A DNA stretch of 63,996 bases, counting the filler, from Dimargaris cristalligena (Eukaryota): assembly GCA_003614675.1 (NCBI GenBank). It is 3 parts of 3 records of this genome, joined end to end, with 100 filler letters (N's around TTAATTAATTAA, not from the genome) between each part and the next. Parts side by side here need not be neighbours in the genome. Positions count along the whole stretch, not along the records: positions 43,124 to 63,996 come from ML002684.1; 2 more parts are not named here. One strand, given 5' to 3'. The notes beneath the pieces are model-generated. The model saw only the letters and a program-made list of their open reading frames with translations, was not told the origin of the DNA and made no database searches. Below are positions 47,428 through 57,957 of this stretch, one piece after another; position 1 is the stretch's first letter, and each line of letters begins with the position of its first letter. A program made the translations under genes and the position numbers.

Positions 47428-49572
47428 ATGGGTTGTACGCAGTCCCGCCTTGTTCCACCTCAATCCCAGCGCCTGCTCCGCTCCCCCTCCACTGCCTCAG
47501 TCCTGGGTTTAAGGCCTGAGAAACCAAACCTCACATCTTCCCCCCACTTGACTCCGCTTGGCCCCATCTCCACTCCACCTTCCCTCCACCCCCTTTTACC
47601 CTCCTACGTTTCGCTTTACGGCCCCACCTGTCGCCCACTGTCATTGCCCAAACGGTTCGCCTCCACCATGTCGGCTGATCCCACCTCTTTTGCCAACACC
47701 CACGAGTGCTTCACCCGCCACCTGCACTTGGACCTCAACGTCGACTTCAACCGCAGCATCCTCACCGGTCACGCCATCCACCAAGTCCAAGTTGCTGACG
47801 AGGCCGAGGCCGTTCGCGAGGTGATTTTCGACACCAAGCACTTGGTCATTCACAGTGTCCGATGGTCCGCCGATACCTCCGACGACCAGGCGTCCTTCCA
47901 GACCGCCGACTACCACTTGGGGGAGCCCCATCCCAAGTTCGGTCGCGCCCTCCACGTCCGTTTGCCCCAGGAGCTGCCCGGTGGTTCGCAATACCGGGTT
48001 CGCATCGATTATGAAACCACCCCCGCCAGCAGTGCCCTGCAGTTTCTGACACCCGACCAGACCGCCGGCAAGCAACATCCCTACCTGTTCACGCAGTGCC
48101 AGGCCATCCACGCCCGCACGATGGTCCCCTGTCAGGATACCCCCGGGGTAAAACTAACCTACACCGCCGCTATCCAGGCCCCCAAACCACTTAAGGCCCT
48201 CATGAGCGCCCTGAGTACCGGCCAGCGTGATGTGGCTGCTGCGGACGGGAAAGGTCCGGGCTCCACTATTTACGAGTTTGCCCAGCGCACGACCATGCCC
48301 TCGTACCTGCTGGCCCTGGTGGTAGGCAACCTCGAAGGCCGGGAGATTGGACCCCGCAGTACCGTCTGGACCGAACCCGAGGTGGTCGAGGCCGCCGCCT
48401 GGGAATTCGTGGACACCGAGAAGTTCATCAGCACTGCCGAAGCCCTGCTTACGCCCTACCAATGGGGTCGCTACGATCTCCTCGTCGTGCCGCCCAGCTT
48501 CCCTTTTGGCGGCATGGAGAACCCCTGCCTGACCTTTGTGACCCCCACCTTGTTGGCCGGGGACCGTTCCCTGGTGGATGTGGTGGCCCACGAAATCGCC
48601 CACTCCTGGACCGGTAATTTAGTCACAACCAAGGACTGGTCATCCTTTTGGCTTAATGAAGGCTGGACCGTCTTCGTGGAGCGCAAAATCCTGGGTCGCT
48701 TACATGGGGAAGCCACCCGCCAGTTTAGCGCTATCCTGGGCTGGAAGGAGCTGGAAACGGCCGTGGCCTACTTCGGACCCAAACACCCCTTCACCGCCCT
48801 GCTGCCCGATCTCACCAACGAAGATCCCGATGACGCTTTTTCGACCATCCCGTACGAAAAGGGATTCAACCTATTGTTCTATCTGGAGAACCACCTCGGT
48901 GGACCCTCTGTGTTTGAACCTTACATGAAGGCCTATATCCGCAACTTCGCGGGACAGTCCATCGATGCCGAGCAGTGGAAGTCCTTCTTGTATTATTACA
49001 TGAATGAATACCACCCCGCGGGTGAAGAAGAGGCCAAGCGCCTCCTGGATCAGGTCGACTGGCACGCCTGGCTGCACGGCCCCGGCATGCCCCCGGTGAC
49101 ACCCCAGTTTGACCAGACCCTCATGAAAGACTGCGAATCCCTGGCCCAGCGCTGGCACGAGGCGGCCCAAGCCGAGACCGACTCCCTCTCCTTCGGGCCT
49201 GACGATATTGTCCACTTCACTACCGACCAAAAGTCCGTGCTGCTGGAACTGCTCCGTGATGATGACCCGTTCCCCCACTCGATTATCGAAGCCATGGACA
49301 AGGCCTACCAGTTCTCTGGGGTCCGCAACGCCGAAATCCGCTTCCGCTGGCAGATGCTCTGTCTGCGCGCCACCTACACCGCCATCTTCCCCCACGTCGT
49401 CACGTTCGTATTGGAACAGGGCCGTATGAAGTTTGTGCGCCCGCTCTATCGGTCGCTCTACACCACTAACGCGGAAGGTGCTCAACTGGCCCGTGATACC
49501 TTTTCCCGTAACAAGAAGATTTACCACCCCATCGCCGCGGCCCAATTGGAAAAGGATTTAGATCTGGTTTAG
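47428..49572 (+). CDS. LAP2: Leukotriene A4 hydrolase-like M1 zinc aminopeptidase (fungal Lap2), intronless
   Basis: DPTSFAN, HPYLFTQCQAIHAR..PCQDTP, SYLLAL, PPSFPFGGMENP, zinc motif HEIAHSWTGN..FWLNEG, STIPYEKG and QGRMKFVRPLY. The conserved core starts at ATG 47668, with an in-frame upstream ATG at 47428. Confidence 0.96.
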   Translation: MGCTQSRLVPPQSQRLLRSPSTASVLGLRPEKPNLTSSPHLTPLGPISTPPSLHPLLPSYVSLYGPTCRPLSLPKRFASTMSADPTSFANTHECFTRHLHLDLNVDFNRSILTGHAIHQVQVADEAEAVREVIFDTKHLVIHSVRWSADTSDDQASFQTADYHLGEPHPKFGRALHVRLPQELPGGSQYRVRIDYETTPASSALQFLTPDQTAGKQHPYLFTQCQAIHARTMVPCQDTPGVKLTYTAAIQAPKPLKALMSALSTGQRDVAAADGKGPGSTIYEFAQRTTMPSYLLALVVGNLEGREIGPRSTVWTEPEVVEAAAWEFVDTEKFISTAEALLTPYQWGRYDLLVVPPSFPFGGMENPCLTFVTPTLLAGDRSLVDVVAHEIAHSWTGNLVTTKDWSSFWLNEGWTVFVERKILGRLHGEATRQFSAILGWKELETAVAYFGPKHPFTALLPDLTNEDPDDAFSTIPYEKGFNLLFYLENHLGGPSVFEPYMKAYIRNFAGQSIDAEQWKSFLYYYMNEYHPAGEEEAKRLLDQVDWHAWLHGPGMPPVTPQFDQTLMKDCESLAQRWHEAAQAETDSLSFGPDDIVHFTTDQKSVLLELLRDDDPFPHSIIEAMDKAYQFSGVRNAEIRFRWQMLCLRATYTAIFPHVVTFVLEQGRMKFVRPLYRSLYTTNAEGAQLARDTFSRNKKIYHPIAAAQLEKDLDLV

Positions 49573-52320
49573 GCGCTGAAAGAAATATCCAGTTAACCCG
49601 AGCGATCCATTGGAGTAGTTCTACTTGCTTTTCAGCTACCTTTATCCTTCATAGCAACTTCTATTGTGTCCTGACATTCATCTAACTTCCACGTCCACTC
49701 ATTCTCACCCATTTTCTCTTGTTTTATCGTGTATTTTTGTGTGTTTTATTTTAACCAGAATTATATCAGCCCCCAATTTTTACATGCAATCATTTCCGCC
49801 TTCGATTATAGTTGCCCACATTGGCCTCAGAGAAGCCAACCTACAAATAAATAGTAGAATCATCTATGGTTTCACACCAGCAGTTAATTCCTCATTTTTA
49901 GGGCGGTTTATTTCATACCTTCTGAATTGGCTTGGATTGAATTAATGCCACATTAGTTTGATTGGATAGGAGGCATTGTATGCTATCCAAGGATAAATGA
50001 AGCACCACAGGTTAAATACATCACACCTAGTCAATCAAGTATTAGACTGTCAGGATATGGGCACTGAATCTAAGGGATGAAGCCAACCTTTGCCAAACAT
50101 GGCGGAATTATTGTTAAGAAGTTACACGACGCGACATCATGAATGATGTGTACATCTTAATTCACGACCCACCCACCTCCATCTACGGCTTGTAGATATA
50201 CTACCAACAGGGCTGCGGGTTTAATTTTTTGAAAATTCACATTATTGTGATTGAAATTGGTGTACTCTTTTCTATTTAATGGTTAGCAATCTATGTTATT
50301 ACCAGATGCTTCGACTACGCCTATTATCGAAAAGTCCGTGGAAAAATAAACGAACCAGTTCGTTTGACTACTTCATCAGGATCACTTGCTTGGGGTTTTG
50401 TGGCATACTGGGCATCTATACTGGATTAGAACGGTTCCAGAAAGGACATCAGCGAAGCTAGCCATTATTTTAAGTTTTGGAAGGGCAATGTACATATTGG
50501 GCCAGCCCATTATATTCAGGTGTTGGAGTTTCCAAAGGACCCCTTCGTTTATGGTCCCAATGGTATTAAAGGGCAATACCCCCCAGCCTTATTCCGCCTG
50601 CTATCCAAGCAAACATTTTGCCATTATTTTCCAGTTCGCCACTTTCGTTTACCCAAGATCAGCACCAGTCCCGTGTTAACTCACAGCCCCCTTTGCTTTT
50701 TTTCTAGTTTGATTAAAACCTATACAGTGTTTCGGCCATTAATCCACTCCTGCATATATATATATGACTACGCTCCATTCAAACCAAGAATAGCAACTCA
50801 ATAGTGATAAATACCATAGCTTGACGATCATTGATTGAAATAGGCAATTCACCTGTCAAACTGAGTGGGCGGGTAAACACTTAAAATGGGCCGGCTGGAC
50901 TCCCTAAATTAGCTATATTGTGTGTACATTACCGTAGGCGTTGAGCACCAATCGGATAAGCGGTACCCCAAACTAGTGAATACAATAATCATTTGGATTT
51001 AATATGCGGGCAGCATACCGTTCGGTATATTGAATGCTGCCCCAGGCTACAAGTACAATTTTAAAATCCCAGGGCATTGGAAGTTCCGTAACCTGATTGA
51101 GCACCGTGAGTATTCGACCCGAGGTGGTGTGCGGGGTCCCATTCAGATTAGGCCCTAAAGCGGGCTGAAGAGGGGGGGTCAATCTGGGAAACGGGGCTGA
51201 GCCCTGAGAACAGCCTCCTCCAAGTGACCGGTCCAGATTTTAGGTGGCAGACTTGCGATGCCAACTCCCTATTAGTACAGAGTGTAGGTCCCAATGCTGG
51301 GTGATGAATGGTACATCCAGTAATGGCCGCAATTCCCAAGTTGAGTGATCTAAGTTATCCTTATTAAATCCCGTTCGTCTAGACACTACAGTCGCCATTT
51401 GGAAGCCACTACCACAGCCCATCCTAGTTCCGGAAAGGTGTATTCTGACGGAACGGTAATATTTTTTAATATGATTACCACCACTCTGGCCCTGGTTCGG
51501 AAGACTGCGTGCGGATAAGTAAGCATTTCACCAGGGCCATTGGGCTAAGACTACCCACCACTTCCTGGGATTATCGGTCGATATTCCCAGTTAGAACATT
51601 TCACTATATAGATTATTTATGATTTTCCACCATTTAAATCCTTACCGCATTTGACCTCATGCGCAGGTGTTTTTAGTACACATGACTATACTTCCATGAG
51701 TCTTTGTTGCTTACCTGGGTGTGAAGAAGACCGAGCTTATAGATAAAACCTGTCAACCAATACCCTATGCATGTTCGTTCCCGCCATTACTTTTGAAATT
51801 TAGGTAGTAATGCCGCCGAGTCTTTCCTGTTTTTTTTTATACCGACGCAGTTTAATATTTAATTGCACCCCAATCTCCTCCATCCCAACTAAGATATGTT
51901 CTTATAACTTTCATATCCTACGACCCTACTGTTCGGTCTGACTAATTTTGGCTGCTATTTCTCCCTTCTATTTGTATTTTCATCCACTTATCTGCTCTGC
52001 TGCCAACTTCGCATTCCCTTGCTGTTGAGTGTCGTTGACCCAGCACTGTTCTGAATTTTTATCACTTGGATTACGTCTTTGCTTAGCAAGGTCATTTGCA
52101 CTGACTATTGGGTAGTACACTTCACCAGGTACCAAATATATGTGATTTAATTAGTCTGGCCGACATCGTAGCGTCAATTTCCTCGTTACCATACCACGGC
52201 CTGAACGGCTGACAGCTGCCACTTCCTGGAATCAGTAATATATAACTGGCGCGACTCACTATCCCATAGAACCCTCCGGTGTATAGCTTTTTTTTTTTAC
52301 AATCCTGACCGCCGCAGACC

Positions 52321-53898
52321 ATGTTATTGCCTTGGCCTGTGGCCCTTTCGGCCATTCTATTTGGGGCCATTCCCATAGGCTCTGCCTACATTGAACAATC
52401 ACTCGTTATATCAGTCAACCAAGTCACCCTGGACCCGCAGTTAAATATCGCTTCCGAGATTGACTCGTGGAGCCTTACGGATGAGGTTTCCCCCGATATG
52501 TACGTGCCTAAGAACCAGACACAAAAATGGGAGGTGAGTGCACATCCTCAATTATACCATAAACCCTGGAAGGGTTCCCCGCGGGTTTGTCCAGACTGTT
52601 TCACCACCACCTTGCAGAGCGGATGCCGCTTATCTGTAACCAAAGTAGAGTTAGATACCATAGTTTAATTTAGACGATGTACTGTGCAGCCCTTGTGCAC
52701 CATTTGTACCACCCTATTGATTTGGTTCTATATTCTGACTAACCACTTGCTGATACTATACACTGCCTTGCCTAATCATCAGGGCCTAATCACCGAGTAT
52801 GGGAACAAAACGGGGCTTCAGTATACGTCCAAACTGGGCTATCTGCTGTTAATTGACCGTTCAGTATTAACTGGTACTTCCGACGACCTCAACGGCTACA
52901 ACTGGGACACCACCAACGGTCTCCTGGTGTATAGCGAGAACGGCCCAAACATCTGTGGCCTCTATACCAATGCGTTCGACCGACCCTGTTTGATTATCAA
53001 CTCCTCCACGGCCAAACAATTGATCCTACTCATTCAAAAATTCCAAACCGCTGACCCGATACAGCCCTACACCGCGGAGTCCGGAGAACCGCCCACTGAC
53101 GCCATTTACGCCCGATTTTCCCTGTCCGATGATACCGAGGGCAATGGGTCGAGTGGCGGTAAGAGCATAGTATCGGCCGGGTTCATTGTCGGAATTACGA
53201 TTGGCGCATTGATAATGTTGGCGCTTATCTACCTTATTTCAATCTGCGCCTATTTTTCAGTTCTGCGCCGCCGGCATGATCGCGAACGGGCTGCTCGCCG
53301 CCAACAGGGGATCAATACTCTCACCGCGTCACTAACCCCGAAATCCCCCCGCCCGCTCGATCCCAAATTATTGAAGCATCTCCGGCTTATTACTACTGGG
53401 CAGGAGCCCCTATCTTTGCTGGAGCAATCGAGCGGTGGTCACGTGGTCGAAGTTGATAACCAGGACTTGAGCCCGAAACGCCCCGACTTCTCGGCCAAGG
53501 TGGAAATTGCCACGTCATCCAGCGGCCCTATAAATGAGCTCGGTTCACACCCGGGGGTGGGCATCAAGTGGATTAATATGGCTATACCCAACGCCGTGAA
53601 GTCATTCGCCAGTTCCCGGGGTCTCGCTGGGGCCACTCAGGCCGACGGCGACGGGGATGCTTGTGCCATTTGTTTGGACTACTTAGTCAAGGGACAGGAA
53701 GCTCGGCAATTACCGTGTCGCCACGTCTATCATAAGGAGTGCATCGACGAATGGTTGGTGAAGAAATCGTCGGCCTGCCCATTGTGCAAAGCTGACTGCG
53801 CCCCCCGGTGTATTCAGCTGGCGGGTCCCAAATATCGCCCACCCGATGATTCTAGAAATCGACCGGTCACCTCGTTCAACGATGCCTATATGGTTTAA
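52321..53898 (+). CDS. Signal peptide + luminal domain + transmembrane helix + RING-H2 E3 ligase (PA-TM-RING/RNF13-like architecture), 2 exons
   Basis: Exons 52321-52533 and 52783-53898, in phase. Signal MLLPWPVALSAILFGAIPIGSA, TM GFIVGITIGALIMLALIYLISICAYF followed by RRRH, and RING-H2 CAICLD..LPCRHVYHKECIDEWL..CPLCK. Confidence 0.88.
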
Positions 53899-54439
53899 TT
53901 AGTCTGGGATATTATAAACATATTTGTCCCCATATCATGTGTTGAGTGAGCTATTTATATATGCATATATATTATTTATTTATTCAGTATGAGTGTTCCA
54001 TTTCTGTATTATATCGGAAATAAATGTAATATCAAGGTTGATGTTTAATTGATGTAAACCGGGGTGTTGGTATCATGATCAGCCCAGTCCATAGAAATGC
54101 CTTGGGTGGGCTAATTCTATAACACACGGACTATGCCTCATCACCATCGGCAGTATTGTTATTCTTGGCGTTGCGTTTAAAATATATCAGCTCCAAGGCA
54201 AATAGGTAAGTATAAATTGGAAACAGTCAATTAGGGAACTGGCAGTAGTAGGTCGTAAAGGAGAAAGACCATTCCTTCCGCGAGTTTATTGATTTTAGTT
54301 CGCTTTCACTTACATTAGGTATGTGTGCAATCAATGCAGAGCTGCCATAGATAAATAAGCCCATTGATGGGATTGAATTGGTTAGTTGAGTGTAGTACAA
54401 GTATATACATGGTGTCGTTATGAGGAGTAAGCTACGCTG

Positions 54440-55621
54440 TTAAAGTAAAATGGAGTTGTCCGATTCATCGTCACCCAGCGAGGGTAGTGAGCTTTCCAAC
54501 GAACTGGAGGTAGACAATTGGTGGGTATGTTTAAAATTGCTATTTCCGGAGGACCCCTTTTCCCAATACGAGCTGAGGAGAGTCATGGTGCCGGTGCCCA
54601 TATTCACGGCGCACGTCGGAGGTGACGTGACGGTAGCGGTGGCGGTGACGCACGATGTCCGACTGTCCCCGCTGGCCGTGGTTTCGGAAGTTCGTCTCAA
54701 TCTTCCCAAGGCCGTTTGCGTACGAGCGCTTAGCCAACCGAAGAAAACCCGGGGGGAAAAATACCCCTGCCGATTGGCGGATTGCATGACGGGGTGGAAC
54801 AGGAGCGTGGAAAACATTAAAATACCGTGCGTGGAAAACAGCACATTCTGGAGGGAATCCAGGTCCTTGAGGATCGCCTGCATGCCTAGCGCCACCAGTA
54901 AAGTGTAAAGCACATAGGGAAAATAGACCACGAAGAGTACGGTGGGGTAGGCCATCACCGACCGCGCGTTTTTGAGGAGCACGTCATGGCAGGACCTAGC
55001 TCGGAAATCCATAACGAACCGGTTCGCCTGTCTCCGGAGTCGGAAAATGGTGATGAAAATGGCCATGACCACGCCAAAGACATAAAGGATGGCGCTATAC
55101 AGCCAGAAACACATCCAAATGGTGAAGAACTGGGCCGCTAGACTGCCGGAGACGGATACCGTAATGGCGCCGGTTGACAAAAAGCGCACTTCGGGTAGCA
55201 GCAGGTACCAAAAGCTGATAAAGAAGGCCACACCGGTACCAATGTATGGGTAGATGGACCGAATCCGGGACCGAATCGACGTATTACAGAAAATGGCCAA
55301 GTGGATATCCAGTGCAATCATGACGTTGAGGTAGACTATCCACATGGTGGTGAATATAGTGAACCAGGCAAGAAAGCGGGCCAAGTGGGGGTCGTGGGAG
55401 CCGGGGCCGCCGCCGTAGGTGAGCGGGTTGGTGATGAAGTCGGTCACCCGTAGGGGAATATCCGCCACGGCAATCCATAGGGCTAACAAGAGGGACGGCG
55501 AGGACATGGCATTGGGTTTGCAGCGTCTCACCCAAAATATAAGGGCTATCGATATAAGACTACATAGGATAGAAAACGACGTGAGAATTTGGCAGACAAG
55601 ATAGAAGGGGACGTTGTTCAT
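54440..55621 (-). CDS. Seven-transmembrane GPCR-like receptor (cAMP-receptor-like/Git3-like fungal family), intronless
   Basis: Seven hydrophobic segments with SPSLLL..IAVADI (TM2), YLNVMIALDIHL (TM3), YPTVLFVVYFP (TM6) and STHGILMF..LFHP (TM7), and a Ser/Thr-rich cytoplasmic tail. Confidence 0.78.
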   Translation of the reverse strand: MNNVPFYLVCQILTSFSILCSLISIALIFWVRRCKPNAMSSPSLLLALWIAVADIPLRVTDFITNPLTYGGGPGSHDPHLARFLAWFTIFTTMWIVYLNVMIALDIHLAIFCNTSIRSRIRSIYPYIGTGVAFFISFWYLLLPEVRFLSTGAITVSVSGSLAAQFFTIWMCFWLYSAILYVFGVVMAIFITIFRLRRQANRFVMDFRARSCHDVLLKNARSVMAYPTVLFVVYFPYVLYTLLVALGMQAILKDLDSLQNVLFSTHGILMFSTLLFHPVMQSANRQGYFSPRVFFGWLSARTQTALGRLRRTSETTASGDSRTSCVTATATVTSPPTCAVNMGTGTMTLLSSYWEKGSSGNSNFKHTHQLSTSSSLESSLPSLGDDESDNSILL

Positions 55622-57048
55622 TGTGAATAAAAAATATGTACGAGTAAGACGGCCGGTGTGATAACGGCAATGATTTATAGACGCGGGACCCGATTTTATG
55701 AGCGATTAAAGCAGGTACAATAGAGTAACATTGGGGCTGGACTAGCAGGGAATAAGAGACGGTATAGCCTTGGAAAAGGTATATAAGGATGCAGAATATG
55801 TTGGAATATACAATGAAACAGAGAGTGGTTGAGGGAGCCGTGTTGAAGCTGGGAGGGAGGATTGGGCGTCAATTTTATACCACCAGGCAGTAGACTCCAC
55901 CCCAATAGTGTGAGCGACAATCGGGGCCGATTGTGACGATCAACGCTATCGGCGAGACTTATCAATTTACCCATTCAGTCTGGCAGTTAATCTAGTACAT
56001 CAGCGGCTAATTAAAAGGCGGGGTTATTTGTGAAATGCACCCTCGTACAGCGGAGTATCCAACGGAAGAGAGGGGGCAGATATTTAAGAAGAAAAGGATT
56101 CGCCCGACCACTGTAAGGCAAGATTGAAACGTTCACCATGAAGACTTACGGCCCCATATACCAATCGGGCCAGATTGTCGATGCCTGCAACGTGATTATT
56201 TTTAATCATAGTAAGCGGAGTTGATTGTTGTTGGCAATCATGAATTATCCATGTGCGATATCCCCCCGCCAGGTTTCCGTTTTAGTTAGGAGCAAGGATC
56301 GTTTGTAAATGAGTGGCCTCTATTTTACCATTACTGGGGAACGGGTGAATCATTTCGACACGCATGCAGTTCCACCATCGCAAGTCTTCAAAAGTATATC
56401 CTATTTCCGTCCCCCTAACCCCAATGGCAGTTTATGGCGATGCCTATACTAAGTCGCTATGTTGATTATATAATGAGCCTATAGCTTGGGTGGGAGGGAT
56501 GGATCGATAACTACGTGACGAAACGGCACTCCAGGATGAAAGGGAAGTCAATACAAGTCAGGTTCAGACCCATAGCCACCGAGGAAAACTGCAGCACAGT
56601 TTAGACCAAATAAAGGGAACCCCCCCATCAGCCCCTACGGAGTTCGCCTGTTTTAGTACACCCTGTGTTTTACTATTTGTCGTTTCATTCACGATGTTGA
56701 CCCAACTCGGACTTGGTTCCTCACAACGGCGGCTACACTTTACACAGGGCTGGTGCAACCGCTGAGCGGCCCATCCGGCCGAGACATCACCCCCTCATGT
56801 GACCCGTCCTCCCGGGAGACCTCACTGAGCGAAGCACGAGCGATAACCAATTCCACCGAGCCCGAGAAAGTATAAATCCCACTCTATGCTCCCGAATTTG
56901 GAATCCTGCTATGTCTTAATAAAATCACAATTATATTCATAAGTATTAGTCATTTTATTAATCCCCCCTCAGATCCTATCAGCCCTTCTCATCTGACTTA
57001 ATCTGGGCATAGTGATTGTCTAGCCCGACTAGGCCATATAGCGCCATA

Positions 57049-57479
57049 TGTAACTTCCCATAGTCACTCCCGGTACTATGGGATTACCCTATTTAATATA
57101 TCTTAGCCTTAGTAGCATTTCCTTGGGACCTCCCTCTGGAGTCGTCCCCCGCGTATATAAAACCGGGCCCCCGTTGGGACCGGTTCGAGCCTTAGCTTAT
57201 TCTTACCCCCTAGTTACCCTAATAAACTCTGTATACGCTCACCCCTTTATACTGACCAGTAAGTGTGCCCGCTGCACGTCCCTTGCATAACCGATCACCT
57301 AAGCCTTTATTAGTTAGTACCGTGCCCCACCTAACATTAGGACCCGCTTGGCTGAGCCCGAGCCCCGTCTACCATTTGAAGTCTATCCTCGGGACTCTTG
57401 ACGGACTAAGAGTGGTTAACCCGGGCGATAGATCCCAAAATATAGGTAATACACCAGTCCCCCTCGACTGATCGTTACA
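57049..57479 (+). mobile_element. Solo LTR (431 bp)
   Basis: Terminal inverted hexamers TGTAAC...GTTACA, internal TATATAAAA (about 57154) followed by AATAAA (about 57221), and a homologous copy at 150-496. No target-site duplication seen (CCATA versus CTGGG). Confidence 0.75.
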
Positions 57480-57957
57480 CTGGGACTGATCAACCTCCTC
57501 CCCTCCAATTAAAAATGCGGTCGTACTACGAGCTGCCAATAACAGAAAGATGATCAGATACTCCTGATCGGCTAGATCGGTATCCTTTCTCCCCTCCCCC
57601 AAAGAAAGTGACGTGTCGGTCGACCAGGTGTACAGTCACTAAAATTAGGCGGATGGTAAAAAAATGAGTAGCTCAGCTATCAAATAGATCATTATTTATA
57701 AGATATTCCAAAATACACGTTGGGTTCATTCGGAAATGGCCCACGGGTAATTAATAGAGGCTAGTATAAATGCCACGCAACAAAATTGACCCAGTCACCA
57801 ATCCCCTAAGAAAATCAATAGAAATGACAGTGAGCTACCGCGATCAACTTGGCATTGTTCATACCGCATGGGGGTTATAAGTCAGTCGACACCCCCCCCC
57901 CCTTTCTGTCCCCTCAAGGCGGGGCAATCGAGAGAGTGATCATACCGGCAGGGCCGC

